Assembly: GCA_964016885.1 (NCBI GenBank)
Contig: OZ024760.1
Coordinates: forward strand, 31,930,001 to 31,994,000
DNA: 64,000 nucleotides
Origin: Eledone cirrhosa
Taxonomy: Eukaryota
Direction of reading: 5' to 3'
This document shows positions 26,771 to 41,025 of this stretch, one piece after another. The notes under the pieces were generated by a model. It searched no databases and was not told where the DNA came from. It worked only from the letters and a program-made list of their open reading frames with translations. A program made the position numbers and the translations under genes. The first letter of the stretch is position 1. Each line of letters starts with the position of its first letter.

Positions 26771-27244
26771 ATATATCTATCTATCTATCTATATATATAT
26801 ATATATACACACACTCTGCATACCTTTTCACCTCTATCTTTTGTGGATCCCTGTTTTTCACACACATAAATACACACACACTTACACACACACATTCTCT
26901 CCATCTCTTTGTAACAACACACATGCTTACACACACACACACACATATCTCTTTCACTCTCTCCCCTCTCTTCTCCCTTTCTTTGACAACCTCCCCCTCT
27001 CTCACACCATCTGTATCTCTCTCTCACTCTTACTTTCTCTCTCTCACAGTCTATCTCTCTCTCCCCTGTCTGTATCCCCCTCTCCCCCTCTCTATCCCCC
27101 TATCTCCCCATCTCCCCCTCTCTCACCGCCTCTCCCCCTCTTCCCCCTCTCTCACCGCGCTTTCTCCCCCATCTATATTTATCTCAACTCACATCTAACT
27201 GTTACACATCAAAACCATCTTCTTCCAAGTTCCTCCTAGTTTCT

Positions 27245-27253
27245 CTCACACAG

Positions 27254-27310
<57 letters not shown>

Positions 27311-27365
27311 GTAACACACACACACAGAGTAACACACACACACACACAGAGTAACACACACACAG

Positions 27366-27422
<57 letters not shown>

Positions 27423-27880
27423 GTAACACACACACACAGAGTAACACACACACACACACAGAGTAACACACACACAGAGTAACACACACACACACATAGT
27501 AACAGACACACACACAGAGTAACACACACACACAGAGTAACACACACACACATAGAGTAACACACACACACATAGAGTAACACACACACACACAGAGTAA
27601 CACACACACACACACAGAGTAACACACACACACACAGAGTAACACACACAGAGTAACACACACACACAGAGTAACACACACAGAGTAACACACACACACA
27701 CATAGAGTAACACACACACACACATAGAGTAACACACACACATAGAGTAACACACACACAGAGTAACACACACACACACATAGATTAACACACATAGAGT
27801 AACACACACACAGAGTAACACACACACATAGAGTAACAGACACACACATAGAGTAACACACACACATAGAGTATCACACA
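27245..27880. repeat. (CA)n punctuated by GAGTAA
   Basis: Direct reading. Confidence 0.9.
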
Positions 27881-28208
27881 CATATACAGATATACAATAA
27901 CACACACACAGTTACACACACATACACACAGAAGTACACATGCACTGCATATATAAATATTGTCATATATATATATATTATATATACATACTACATATAT
28001 ATAGTATGTGTGTATAATATATATATATAGTATGTGTGTATAATATATATATATAGTATGTGTATAATATATATATATAGTATGTGTGTATAATATATAT
28101 ATATAGTATATGTGTATAATATATATATATATATAGTATGTGTATATAATATATATATATATATATATATAGTATGTGTATATAATATATATATATATAG
28201 TATGTGTG

Positions 28209-28239
<31 letters not shown>

Positions 28240-28578
28240 GTATGTGTATATAATATATATATATATATATATATACATACACGCAGACACACACACATAT
28301 GCATACCCATATATATATATGTATCATCATCATCATCATTATTTAACTGTCAATTTCCCCTATAATGTGTGTGGTAATGTGTGTGTAATTTTATTTGGTT
28401 TAAAAGTGACATCTACAGGACTAGCACTGTTTCACTCTGTGGTGAAATCATCAGGAAATCCCAAATAATTCTGGTTAATACAATATTGATATAATAATAG
28501 CTGACGGGGGGGGGGGGGTGTACAAGTGTGTGTGTATATATGTATGTATATATGTGTATATATATGTGTGTATGTGTT

Positions 28579-28635
<57 letters not shown>

Positions 28636-29239
28636 ATGTTTGTATATATATATATATATGTATGTATGTATATGTTTATATGTACGTTTTGTATGTATGC
28701 ATCTATGTATCTATATGTATGTTTGTATATATATATATATATACATATATGTGTGTATGTATATATGCATGTACGTATGTGTACATGTATGTGTGTATAT
28801 ATATATATATGTATGTATGTATGTGTAAGTATACATATATATATGTATGTGTATATATGTATATATATGTGTATATATGTATATAAAAACAACTTCTTAA
28901 TGCTGTTGATATCTTAAAACTGCACCCAGTCCACCCTGTAAAGTGGTTGATGTTAGAAAGGGTATGTAACCTTATAAAACCTGTCAAAATGTAAGACATG
29001 AGCTGCTAGGACACCAGCATGGATGGATTTAGCCAGTCATATGAACTCCAGTCCTTACATTTCTTTTGAATCACTTTTTAGTCAAACTTTTATGTTTTCG
29101 AATATTTTGGCAGGGTCTTTTCTGGCTGGAAGCCCTTCCTATCACCAACCACTTTACAGAGTGGACTGGGTGCATTATTTCTGCCACCAGTACTAGACTA
29201 ATGTTTGTCTCGAGCCCGGAGGTTCATTTGGCCAGTACT

Positions 29240-29475
29240 TATCCTAGTTTCCTTGGTGTGAAACGACTGAGAGTGCCACACTCCCTCTGGACAGGACACC
29301 AGTCCATCACAGGGTTAAACCCCCAGCTATTACTGGTACTCATTTTTAGCTGAGTATACTAGAGCTACATGAAATGAAGTGTTTTGTTCAAGAACACAAC
29401 ACAACCCAGTCCAGGATTCAAACCTACAACATTATGATCGTATGTCCAACACCCTTACCACTAGGCCACATGCTA
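29240..29475 (-). mobile_element. tRNA-derived SINE
   Basis: Minus strand TGTGGCCTAGTGGTAAGG...GGTTTGAATCC, then GTGTTCTTGAACAAAACACTT core-like segment. Confidence 0.7.
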
Positions 29476-29559
29476 CCAGACACCAACACTAGAGAGGGCG
29501 TCTTACTGGACTCAAGAATCCTCTCCACCCTATATCAGTTTATATTTCAGTGTCTACTC

Positions 29560-29715
29560 TCCTAGACAGGTTGCCTTCACTACAGCTTACAGAGCCCTCA
29601 TCTGCCTCATCCAGTCATTCCTTATCAGAGTCCCTGTCCTCCTAGACAGGTTGCCTTCACTACAGCTTACAGAGCCCTCATCTGCCTCATCCAGTCATTC
29701 CTTATCAGAGTCCCT
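29560..29715. repeat. 80-bp tandem duplication
   Basis: CCTAGACAGGTTGCC... at 29561 and 29641. Confidence 0.9.
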
Positions 29716-29794
29716 CCTCTTCTAAACATGTTGCCTAAATAACAACTGATACTCCAAGTTATAACTGATTCTATAGAGTACCTCACTTGGGACA

Positions 29795-29952
29795 ACACAT
29801 GTAGTGACAGAGACGTGATGAAATACACCATGTACACTCTGTAAAACACCACATGTAATGGTAATGACATGATGAAATACACCATGTACACTCTGTAAAA
29901 CACCACATGTAGTGGTAGTTAAATGGTGAAGTACACCATGTACACTCTGTAA
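29795..29952. repeat. 54-bp tandem repeat, 3 copies
   Basis: TACACCATGTACACTCTGTAAAA repeated three times. Confidence 0.85.
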
Positions 29953-30254
29953 AAGAGATATTAGACCCAAGTTAGTTGAGATAACTCTGTTGCTATGGGT
30001 ACGAGATAACCATGGCAGCTGGTCCAACAGTTTCCAACATGGAGGAAGTGTGTGTAAAATAACAATGATTGAGACCATAATGATGTGTGTGTGTGTTTTC
30101 AATGAGCGTGTGTGTGTTCATGCATGTGTGTGTTTTCATGTATGTATGTGTGTGTTCATGTGTGTTCATGTGTGCGTGTGTATGTATGCATGTGTGTGAT
30201 CACGTGTGTGTGTGTTCTTGTATGTGTGTGTGTTCATGTTTGTATGTGTATTGT

Positions 30255-30285
<31 letters not shown>

Positions 30286-30377
30286 CCATTTAACATCCAT
30301 TTTCCCCGCTAGCATGGGTTAGGCAGGTTGTCACGTTATGAGACAAGTCAGGTCTAGAGACCACGTCATAAAAAATA

Positions 30378-30640
30378 ATAATGAAAATTATTGTGTACAG
30401 TGCTCAGGTGCACTACAACTCATCAAAGGTGCATGTATAGTACATAGAGTAATGTAGAAATATCAGGAAAGTGAACACTGTATGAGTCATGATATACACA
30501 CAGATACATGAGTGTGTATGGAGGAGTGATATGAGGTGTAGTGTTGGAGAATTTTTGGGAAGCATAGAACTTTTTAAGGATGCAGTGTCCCGACAGCTAA
30601 CAACTGATGCAGGTAGTTTGTTCCATGCTTCAAGAATTCA
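30378..30640 (-). mobile_element. CR1-like LINE 3' end
   Basis: Minus strand LEAWNKLPASVVSCRDTAS (WNxLP motif) plus 3' UTR. Confidence 0.65.
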
Positions 30641-30774
30641 TACAGATCTGTATTTTGGCTTGGTTTGTATGGATGGACGTCCTTCCTAATACCAACCATG
30701 CTACAGTGTAGACTGGCTGATTTTTATTATGGCACCGAAATTACCACTTTTCAGTGACTTCAATCCTACTTATA

Positions 30775-31945
30775 TATATAAGTAACAACCTGTTTTACAT
30801 GTGGCTGGTGCACAGGGGCAGTAAGTAGCAAGAACTCTCAGGATACAAACTCCTTCAAGTGCCGAGAGGGATCTGTAGAAGTGGTAAAGAGTTTCATGGG
30901 TGACCAAATCAGCAGTGGTGAAGGGTGTCCCGAAAGCACAGTAACCAGAGAACAGGCTGGAAAAAGTTCAGGGAGCTACTACCGTTACTAACTACAAAAG
31001 GATTTTCTCTCAAAATGAAAGGCAGACTGTATGATACACGAATACAAACAACAATGTTGCACAGCAGCGAGGCCTGGGTACTGTGTGCTGAGGACCTGGC
31101 ACAGCAGCGAGGCCTGGGCACTGTGTGCTGAGGACCTGGCACAGCAGCGAGGCCTGGGTACTGTGTGTTGAGGACCTGGCACAGCAGCGAGGCCTGGGCA
31201 CTGTGTGTTGAGGACCTGGCACAGCAGCGAGGCCTGGGCACTGTGTGTTGAGGACCTGGCACAGCAGCGAGGCCTGGGCACTGTGTGCTGAGGACCTGGC
31301 ACAGCAGCGAGGCTTGGGCACTGTGTGTTGAGGACCTGGCACAGCAGCGAGGCCTGGGTACTGTGTGTTGAGGACCTGGCACAGCAGCAAGACCTGGGTA
31401 CTGTGTGTTGAGGACCTGGCACAGCAGCGAGGCCTGGGCACTGTGTGTTGAGGACCTGGCACAGCAGCGAGGCCTGGGCACTGTGTGTTGAGGACCTGGC
31501 ACAGCAGCGAGGCCTGGGCACTGTGTGTTGAGGATCTGGCACAGCAGTGAGGCCTGGGCACTGTGTGTTGAGGACCTGGCACAGCAGCGAGGCCTGGGTA
31601 CTGTGTGTTGAGGACCTGCAGAGATTGGAAATAAATGAAGCCTCCATGCTTCGATGGATGTGCAATAGCAATATACCTGAGCAGCAAAGCAAAAACGAAC
31701 TGCGAGAGAAATTACACATAAGAGGGATGAGATGTTGTGTGCAGGAAAGGAGATTGCACTGGTATGGACATGCGATGTGTATGAAGAGTGACAGCTGTGC
31801 AGAGTGCTCAAAGTTGATGGAAGCTATGGAGTGGGCAGACCTAGGAATACTTGGGATGAGGTTATAAAAGCTGACTTTACACAATTACACCTGTCTAAGG
31901 TGATGACACAGGACCGTGATGTCTGAAGACCTGCCCTCACATATG
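30775..31945 (+). mobile_element. RTE LINE fragment interrupted by an internal minisatellite
   Basis: GWKKFRELLPLL..GRLYD..MLHSSEAW | EDLQRLEINEASMLRWMC..RLHWYGH. Confidence 0.9.
31059..31619. repeat. 40-bp minisatellite, ~14 copies
   Basis: Unit ACAGCAGCGAGGCCTGGGCACTGTGTGTTGAGGACCTGGC. Confidence 0.95.
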
Positions 31946-32972
31946 CAGGAGATGAGGCATACATGTACCACCCTCTCTCCCATACACCTCCCATATCACC
32001 CCCACCCCTATATCTACCTCCCCAATTTCCAATGCATCTCCCCCACCCAAGTCCCCAGTCCACTTCATAAAGAGGCCATGCTGGAGCCACAACAATAAGC
32101 ACCCACACTGTAAAGTGGTTGGTGTGTGTGTGTGTGTCCCTGTGTGTGTGTGTCCGTCCCTGTGTGTGTCTCCCTGTGTGTGTGTCTCTCTGTGTGTCTC
32201 CCTGTGTGTGTGTGTGTGTGTGTCTCTCTGTGTGTGTCTCCCTGTGTGTGTGTGTGTCTGTGTGTGTCTCCCTGTGTGTGTGTGTGTCTCTGTGTGTGTG
32301 TGTCTCTCTGTGTGTGTCTCCCTGTGTGTGTCTCTCTTTGTGTGTGTGTCTCTCTCTGTGTGTCTCCGTGTGTGTCCGTCCCTGTGTGTGTGTCTCTCTG
32401 TGTGTGTCTGTGTGTGTGTGTGTCTCTCTGTGTGTCTCTCCCTGTGTGTGTCTCCCTGTGTGTGTGTGTCTCCCTGTGTGTGTGTGTCTCTCTGTGTGTG
32501 TGTGTGTCTCTCTGTGTGTGTCTGCCTGTGTGTGTGTCTCCCTGTGTGTGTGTGTCTCTCTCTGTGTGTCTCCCTGTGTGTGTGTGTGTGTGTGTGTCTC
32601 TCTGTGTGTGTGTCTGTGTCTACGTTTGTTTATGTCCTGCAACTTAACAGTTTGACTTTTGACTAAAAGAGATTGGAAAGAATATGTAATTGGTGGAGTT
32701 GATATAATTGGCTACATCCTTTCATGTCGGTGTCCTAGCATACTGCAGTCTGATGACTGAAACCAACAAAACAATATATATATATGTGTGTATGTGGAGG
32801 GAAGGGGGTCACGTGTGTGTGTTTGTGGTCGGGGCTGTATGTATATGTGTATGTATGTCTTTTGAAATATTAGCATACTTATTTTTTCATAGATATTTAA
32901 TTTTAAAAAAAAGTATATATATATATATCATCATCATCATCGTTTAATGTCCATCTTTAAATGCTAGCATGG

Positions 32973-33014
<42 letters not shown>

Positions 33015-33055
33015 TTCAAAATATTAACAAAAATAGACATTCGTGTGATCAAGTA

Positions 33056-33122
33056 TATTTTATTATACATATTTCAGAGGTACTGAGCTATCTTCAACAG
33101 TACGTCCTCATCAGATAAAATA
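33056..33122 (-). ncRNA. Minimal type I hammerhead ribozyme
   Basis: Reverse complement of 33223-33289. Confidence 0.75.
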
Positions 33123-33222
33123 AGATGATGCATGACATACCCTGACTTAGTAGATGGTTAAGATTCATTACCATGACTGAATCTTAACCATCTACTAAGT
33201 CAGGGTATGTCATGCATCATCT

Positions 33223-33289
33223 TATTTTATCTGATGAGGACGTACTGTTGAAGATAGCTCAGTACCTCTGAAATATGTATAATAAAATA
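33223..33289 (+). ncRNA. Minimal type I hammerhead ribozyme
   Basis: tattttat-CTGATGA-ggacgtactg..cagtacctct-GAAA-tatgta-TA-ataaaata; perfect 8-bp stem I. Confidence 0.8.
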
Positions 33290-33430
33290 TACTTGATCAC
33301 ACGAATGTCTATTTTTGTTAATATTTCGAATTAATATTAATAACTTTGTGGAGTGCTTCCAATCTATTGTAAAACTCATACTTTGATTTATTCATTGAAC
33401 CTTGTTTAACCTTTAAATATATATATATAT

Positions 33431-33875
<445 letters not shown>

Positions 33876-34244
33876 CTTTCAGTGTTTGGGCTCTGAACAC
33901 CTGATGGATTCCTAGGGCCCCTGTTTTGGACATTTGACATCTAGTAGAGCTTCCTCCCCCTCCAGATGTGAACACAGCTGATTTCTTTGAAATATTGGAG
34001 ACAACAGATGGAGGAAATATAATTCAATATATGACAGCAGCAACAACAACAACAACAACAGCAACTACAACAGCAACAACAACAACACCACCACCAACAG
34101 CAGCAACAACAGCAACAACAACAACAGCAACAACAACAGCAACAACAACAGCAGCAACAACAACAACAGCATCAACAACAACAGCAACAGCAACAACAAC
34201 AGCAACAGCAACAGCAACAACAAAAAGAACGACAACAACAATAA

Positions 34245-34970
34245 CTGCTTCTACTTTTGGCACAAGACCAGCAATTATCCCAGTGTATTACTGGTACTTT
34301 ATTCTATCGACCCCATAAGGATGAAAGGCAAAGTTAACCTCAGTGGTTTCGTATATAAGCACAAGGCCAGCAATTTGGGGGAAGGGGAAAGTCAATTAAA
34401 TCACACCCAGTGTATTACAGGTACTTTACTTTATCGACCTCATGGGGATGAAAGGCAAAGCTAACCTCGGTGGGATTTGAACTCAGAACGTAAAGGGCCT
34501 CAACTCTATGCTGCTAAGCATGTTGTCCGACGCTCTATCAATTCTGCCAATCCCCCACCCTAATAATAATATTAAAAGGGCGATGAAAGAGGTTGAGGTG
34601 ACCCCAGGTTGGGACATTCGGTAGTGTTAGTACCTGAAGTGAAAGCCATTTTTTTTTATAAAACCGGGGCCAACATCAGGGTAAGGCCCTGACAGAAAAC
34701 AAAACTACACTCATTGGAACTGCCAGGGTACTGAGAAGGGTTGTTGACAATTGAAGGTGTCACCTTAGGCCACAGGTTGTAGACTGGGGTGACACCAAAA
34801 CTACATCACACGCCAACAAATGCTGTGTGACAAGCTGATAATAATAATAATGACAATGGGTTCTGATTTCGGCACAAGGCCAACAATCTGGGGGGGGGGG
34901 GGGGGTTGATTAAATAGATCCCAGTGTATTACTGGTATTTTATGTTATTCACCCCATAAGGATGAAAGGC
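34245..34970 (-). mobile_element. Cluster of three tRNA-derived SINE copies/fragments
   Basis: GGCACAAGGCCAGCAATT..GGATGAAAGGCAAAG at ~34245-34345, 34358-34560, 34860-34970. Confidence 0.8.
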
Positions 34971-35361
34971 AATACCAGTAATAATACCAGTAATTGTAGC
35001 TTCATTTATTGGCCACAAGGGCCGACATATAGGGGACAGTACAGGACTGGGGCAGTGGGGGAGGGGGTACAATAAAATTGAGTAAAAAGTACATAAATAA
35101 CAAAAACAAATAACAATGAAAAAATATAAAAATATTAAAATATTAAAATAAATATTTAAAAAAATATAAAATATAAAATACCAATAAAAATACCAATAAA
35201 AAAACAATAATAAAATGGTCAACAAGAAAAAATTGTTTGGGTGGGGGTCATATATGGAAATTCAAATAATAATAATAATAATAATAATAATGTGAACTAC
35301 CTGGAATTGTTGTCCTGCAAACTTTGGCTTCAGGGGTTTTACACAAAAGAAAAAAAATCAA

Positions 35362-35392
<31 letters not shown>

Positions 35393-37481
35393 GTATGTAT
35401 ATGTATATATATATATATATAACCCTAATTAAACACACAAATCAACCTCTGTGTGTATATATATGTTTATATATACATACATATATACATATATATGTTT
35501 CTAGTACATATATAGATATATAAATATATATGTAAGTATATATAAATATATATAAAATATATATAAATATATATATATAAATGTGTATGTATATATATAT
35601 ATATATGTATATATATATGTGTGTGTTGTGTGTGTATAAGTATGTGTGTGTGTGCCACTGGAATCGGCCACTTCCAGGAGAAATTCTTGGGTCGATATGC
35701 AGAAGGCTCTGCTTGGCTCTCTCTAAAAAACCAGAATCAACTATACGGTGCCATTTCAATGTTCTAATCAAGTAAAGAGTCTACCTCAATAGCAGTACCA
35801 ACACTCCACCTCCACCTCACTCACACTCACACTCACACTCCAGCTGCCATTACATACAGACACACTCACACTCCAGCTGCCATTACATACAGATACACTC
35901 ACACTCATACATAGAGATACACTCACACACACAGATACATAGAGATACACACACAGACATACATAGAGATACACACACACACAGACATTCATACATGGAT
36001 AGATACACACACACACACGTATACACACAGACATACATACAGATAGACTCAGACACAGACATACATAGATACACACACACACACACATATACATGGATAG
36101 ATGCACACACACACATATACATGGATAGATGCACACACACACACATATATACACACACAGGCACACATACACATACACACACACAGACACACACTCACAC
36201 ATTCATGCATAGATACACACACACACACGTATACACAGACATACACATACACAAGCATAGATGCACACACACACATAGACATATATACACAGACACATAT
36301 ACACATACAAACAGGCACACACATACATAGACACATATATACATACACATACCTACATGCACACAGAGACACACACACACTCACACACATACTCACACAC
36401 ACACATTCCACACACACACTCACACACTCACACATTCACACACACACATACACGCACACTCACACATTCACACACACATACTCACACACACACACACACA
36501 TTCCATACACACTCAGACACACTCACACACACACTCACACACACACTTACACACACACATTCCACACACACTCACACACACACACTCACACACACACACT
36601 CACACATTCCACACTCACACACACATTCCACACACACTCACACACACATAGATAAAGACACTACTATGAAAACAATCTTTTTCTTCTCATCTTCTACACT
36701 CCCCCCCCCTCTCTCTCCCTCTCCCTCTCCCCCTCTCCCACCTCTCTCCCCCTCTCTCTCTATCTCTCATCTCTTACTTCCCCTCCCATATTCTAACTAG
36801 GCAGCATCCCTTCTTTTAAGGGAGAAGCTATAGTGATGGTGGAGGTGGGGTGGTGGTGGTGGTGGTAGTGGAGGTGGTGGTGGTGGTAGTGGAGGTGGTG
36901 GTGGTGGTAGTGCTGGTGGTGGTGGTGGTGGTGGAGGTGGGGTTGTGTTTAGCTTGGATCTTCTTCCTTCTAGAGAAGATCCAGCCCAGCCACCCCCCCC
37001 CCCCCACTACATAACTGGCTCTCTTGCCTTCCAAACATTCATAGACTCACACGTACACACCCTTACACACACACACACACACCTTTACACACACACACAC
37101 ACACTTACACACACACACACACACACACCTTTACACATACACACATACACTTACACACACACACACTCACGTACACACCCTTACACACACTCACACACAC
37201 ACACTCATACACTTACACACACACACGTACACACACTCACACACACACACTCATCCACTTACACACACACACGTACACACCATTACACACACTCACACAC
37301 ACACACCCTTACACACACACACACTCATACACTTACACACTCACACACGTACACACCCTTACACACACACACACGTACACACTCTTACGCACTTACATAT
37401 ACACACACATACACACTACATCTGTGTAGTTGTGTGTGTTGTATACATATGCGTGTCTGTGTGTGTATATATATATATTTA

Positions 37482-37514
<33 letters not shown>

Positions 37515-37617
37515 GTGTATATATATATATGTATGTGTGTATATATATATATATGTATGTGTGTGTGCATATATATGTGTGTTGCATATGTGTGTGTATA
37601 TATATATATATGTATGT

Positions 37618-37659
<42 letters not shown>

Positions 37660-37775
37660 CTGTGTATATATATATATATATGTGTTTGTGATATATATAT
37701 GTATGTGTGTCTGTATATATATATATATGTATCTGTGTGTGTATATATATATATGTATGTATGTGTGTGTGTGTG

Positions 37776-37820
<45 letters not shown>

Positions 37821-37833
37821 CTGTGTGTGTGTG

Positions 37834-37870
<37 letters not shown>

Positions 37871-38287
37871 GTATGTGTGTGTGTGTATATACAGAGTGAA
37901 GAGAGGGTGGGGTGGCAAAGAATGATGAGTTTAAGTTAGCAAAGTTGGAGGAGTGAGAGAAGGAAGAGGAGTAGATAGAGAAAGAGGGGGAGTAGATAGA
38001 GAGAGAGGGGAGTAGATAGAGAGAGGGGAGTAGATAGAGAGAGTGGAGGAGTAGATAGAAAGGGGGGCGAGTAGATAGATAGAGAGAGAGGAGTAGATAG
38101 AAAGGGGGGCGAGTAGATAGATAGAGAGAGAGGAGGAGTAGATAGAGAGGGGGGTGAGTAGATAGATAGAGAGAGAGGAGGAGTAGATAGAGAGAGGGGG
38201 GCAGTAGTTGGAGAGAGGGGGGAGAGCAGGCTGAAAGACAGACAGTGTTAAAAAAACTTGAGATGCCACAGCTCATTCCTGATTGAT

Positions 38288-39128
38288 AGTGGTGGTGGTG
38301 GTGGTGGTAGTGTAGTGGTGGTGGTGGTGGTGGTGGTGTAGTGTAGTGGTGGTGGTGGTGGTGGTGTTAGTGGTGGTGGTTGTGGTGGTGGTGTGGTGGG
38401 GTGTGGTGGTGGTGGTGTTGGTGCTGGTAGTGTAGTGGTGGTGGTGGTGTTAGTGGTGGTGGTGGTGGTGGTGGTAGTGTAGTGGTGGTACGGCTGTGGG
38501 GGGTAGTGTAGTGGTGGTGGTGGTGTTGGTGGTGGTGGTGGTGGTACGGTGGTGTTGGTGGTGGTGGTAGTGTAGTGGTGGTACGGCTGTGGGGGGTAGT
38601 GTAGTGGTGGTGGTGGTGTTGGTGGTGGTGGTAGTGTAGTGGTGGTGGTGGTGGTGGTGTTGGTGGTGGTGTAGTGGTGGTACGGTTGTGGGGGTAGTGT
38701 AGTGGTGGTGGTGGTGTTGGTGGTGGTGGTAGTGTAGTGGTGGTGGTGGTGTTGGTGTAGTGGTGGTACGGTGGTGTTGGTGGTGGTGGTAGTGTAGTGG
38801 TGGTGGTGGTGGTGGTGGTGTTAGTGGTGGTGGTTGTGGTGGTGGTGGTGACTGTGGTAGTGATGTTGGTGGTGGTAGTGGTGGTAGTGGTGGTGTGGTG
38901 GGGTGTGGTGGTGGTGGTGTTGGTGCTGGTAGTGTAGTGGTGGTGGTGTTGGTGCTGGTAGTGTAGTGGTGGTGGTAGTGGTGGTGGTGGCGGTGGTAGT
39001 GTAGTGGTGGTGGTGGTGTAGTGGTGGTGGTGGTAGTGTAGTGGTGGTGGTAGTGTAGTGGTGGTGGTGGTAGTGGTGGTGGTGGTGGTGGTGTAGTGAT
39101 GGTGGTGGTAGTGTAATGGTGGTGGTGG
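38288..39128. repeat. (GGT/GTA)n compound microsatellite
   Basis: Direct reading. Confidence 0.9.
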
Positions 39129-39374
39129 CAGAGAAAGGGTGTGTGTGTGAGAGTGAGAGATAGTCAATCCATAGGACTGCATTAGAGTGGACTTAAAGGC
39201 AGACAAGGGCCATTTGGTGGAGTTAAACTAGGTGACAGATTAAGTTTTACCCACCCGAGTAAGCCAGGACAAAATTTGGACAAAGGACACAAAGAACCAG
39301 AGCAAATACCACAAGGTATCTAATGCCACCAATTCTCTGAACAAGGGGTTCTTTCTTAGTTTGATCAAACCTCT

Positions 39375-39702
39375 TCTTCTTCTCCCCGTTATTCCTGAGG
39401 GGCTTATGAGGGCAAAGTCCTGAAACACTCCCTTCAGCAGGTCCAGTCAGAAGCAACCATCTTCAACTGATCCAGCTGGATCCCTCAAGTGAGACCAGCC
39501 AAGCTCATGTATGTTATCCAACCATCTTGCTCAGGGGTCTACCCCTGGTTCTCCTGTCGTTTGGTTTTGCCCATAAAATCTGTCAAGTGATTCTTTCCTG
39601 AGACATTCTAACCACATGTCCAGAGTATCGGAGCTGTGAGCTCTCAATTTGGAGATGTAGCGGCTCTACCTAGGGTGACTCTCTCATCTCCGAGTTACAC
39701 AC
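39375..39702 (-). mobile_element. RTE (Rex3/Expander-like) LINE 3' fragment
   Basis: Minus strand VEPLHLQIESSQLRYSGHVVRMSQER..RRTRGRP. Confidence 0.75.
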
Positions 39703-40534
39703 ACTACTGAGGGGTGGTGGTGGTGGTGGTGTACGCTAGTGGTGATGGTGGAGGTTCTAGTAGTGGTGGTTGTGTGATGGTGGTGGTGTATGGTAGTTCT
39801 GGTGGTGGGGTGGGTGTGTCGAGGTGGGGGGTGGGGGGATGGTGCAGGTAGTAGCGGTGGGGGCTTCCAGTAGGGGGGGGGGGGGCGTGATGTGGGGGTG
39901 CTGGGGTGGAGGTTCCAGTTGTTGCGGCGGGGGTGGTGGAAGCAGTAAGGAGGACAACTACTGTTGTTGGGTGGCTTCAAGTGGTGAAGTAGCCACAGCA
40001 GCGGGGGGGGGGTAAGGGGGGAAGATGAAGAAAAAGAAGATAAGGAGGTTAGATGTGTAGAGAAAGAGAAAAGAGGAGGAGGAAGTAGTTTAATACCAGA
40101 GGGAGGCGGAGGGGTGTAGGTAGCAGACTTGAGTAAATTGCAAAAAGCTGTCCTTGTTTCCACATTAGTATATATGGTGGTGGTGTGGGGGGTGATGATG
40201 ATGGGGGGATGTTGTTGTTGTTGGTGGTGGTGGTGGCGGGAGGTTGTTGTTGTTGTTGGTGGTGGTGGCGGGTTGTTGTTGTTGGTGGTGGTGGTGGTGG
40301 TGGTGGTGGTGGTGGGGTTTATGTTGTTATCTTTAGTACACACACACACACATATATATATATAGAGAGAGAGGTAGAACACTGGAAGGTAATATCCGTG
40401 GTGGTAGAGCACTCAGTCCATGGGACGAGTTATATACATATATATATATATATTATCCGTTGTCACAAACAGTCATGACAGGCATGGGCTGGTGTTTGGA
40501 TTCTGTCGATCGATTGGTTATTGATTAAGCGACA

Positions 40535-40644
40535 CCCGCTGATGAAGCCGCATAAGCCGATTGTGCATTGTTGCATAATATATGCAGACAGATGGTGCAG
40601 TGCACCTTACTGCTGCATTAGTGTGGCAGAAACTCGAGTCCGGG
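40535..40644 (+). ncRNA. Type I hammerhead ribozyme with extended stem II
   Basis: cccg-CTGATGA-agccgca...tgtggca-GAAA-ctcgag-TC-cggg; canonical GUC site, palindromic stem III. Confidence 0.75.
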
Positions 40645-40779
40645 AACCATTGTAGGCACCCGTTTTACGTGTGTTGTATTGAAGTGAATAATTATGTGTA
40701 TACTCTGGGAGTGTATCTCAGTGTACTCCCATGGAGTACACTGAGATACAATCGGTCCTGTCATTGATAAATATGCTGG

Positions 40780-40975
40780 GGCCGTCAATTCCTTATAGGC
40801 AGTATCGGTAGAGGGTCGGACACCATGCTTTGAAGCATAGAGTTACCTCCCTTTATGATCTGAGTTCAAATCCCGCTGGGGTTAACTTTGCCTTTCACCC
40901 TTACAGGGTCGATTAAATAAAGTACCAGTAATGTACTGAGATAATTGCTGGCCTTGTGCCAAAAATAGAAACAAT
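40780..40975 (+). mobile_element. tRNA-derived SINE (same family as 15 kb and 34 kb)
   Basis: GAGTTCAAATCCC..GCCTTTCACCCTT..GGGTCGATTAAATAAAGTACCAG..GGCCTTGTGCC. Confidence 0.8.

Positions 40976-41025
<50 letters not shown>

Larger units (their letters stand above)
33010..33418 (+). mobile_element. Penelope-like pLTR fragment with ~157-bp-arm hairpin, in (TA)n
   Basis: 33011-33167 is the reverse complement of 33178-33334; 10-nt loop. Confidence 0.8.

Noticed and set aside
29779-29846. Possible minus-strand exon (ttttacag...gtgagg, VYMVYFITSLSLHVLSQ)
   Set aside because: Lies in a 54-bp tandem repeat resembling a retroelement tail motif; no partner exons identified
32745-32770. CTGATGACTGAAAC hammerhead-like core
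   Set aside because: No room for stem II and no stem I/III pairing
35739-35788. let-7 complementary 8-mers AACTATAC and CTACCTCA
   Set aside because: Separated by ~34 nt with no evidence of a transcript; probably chance
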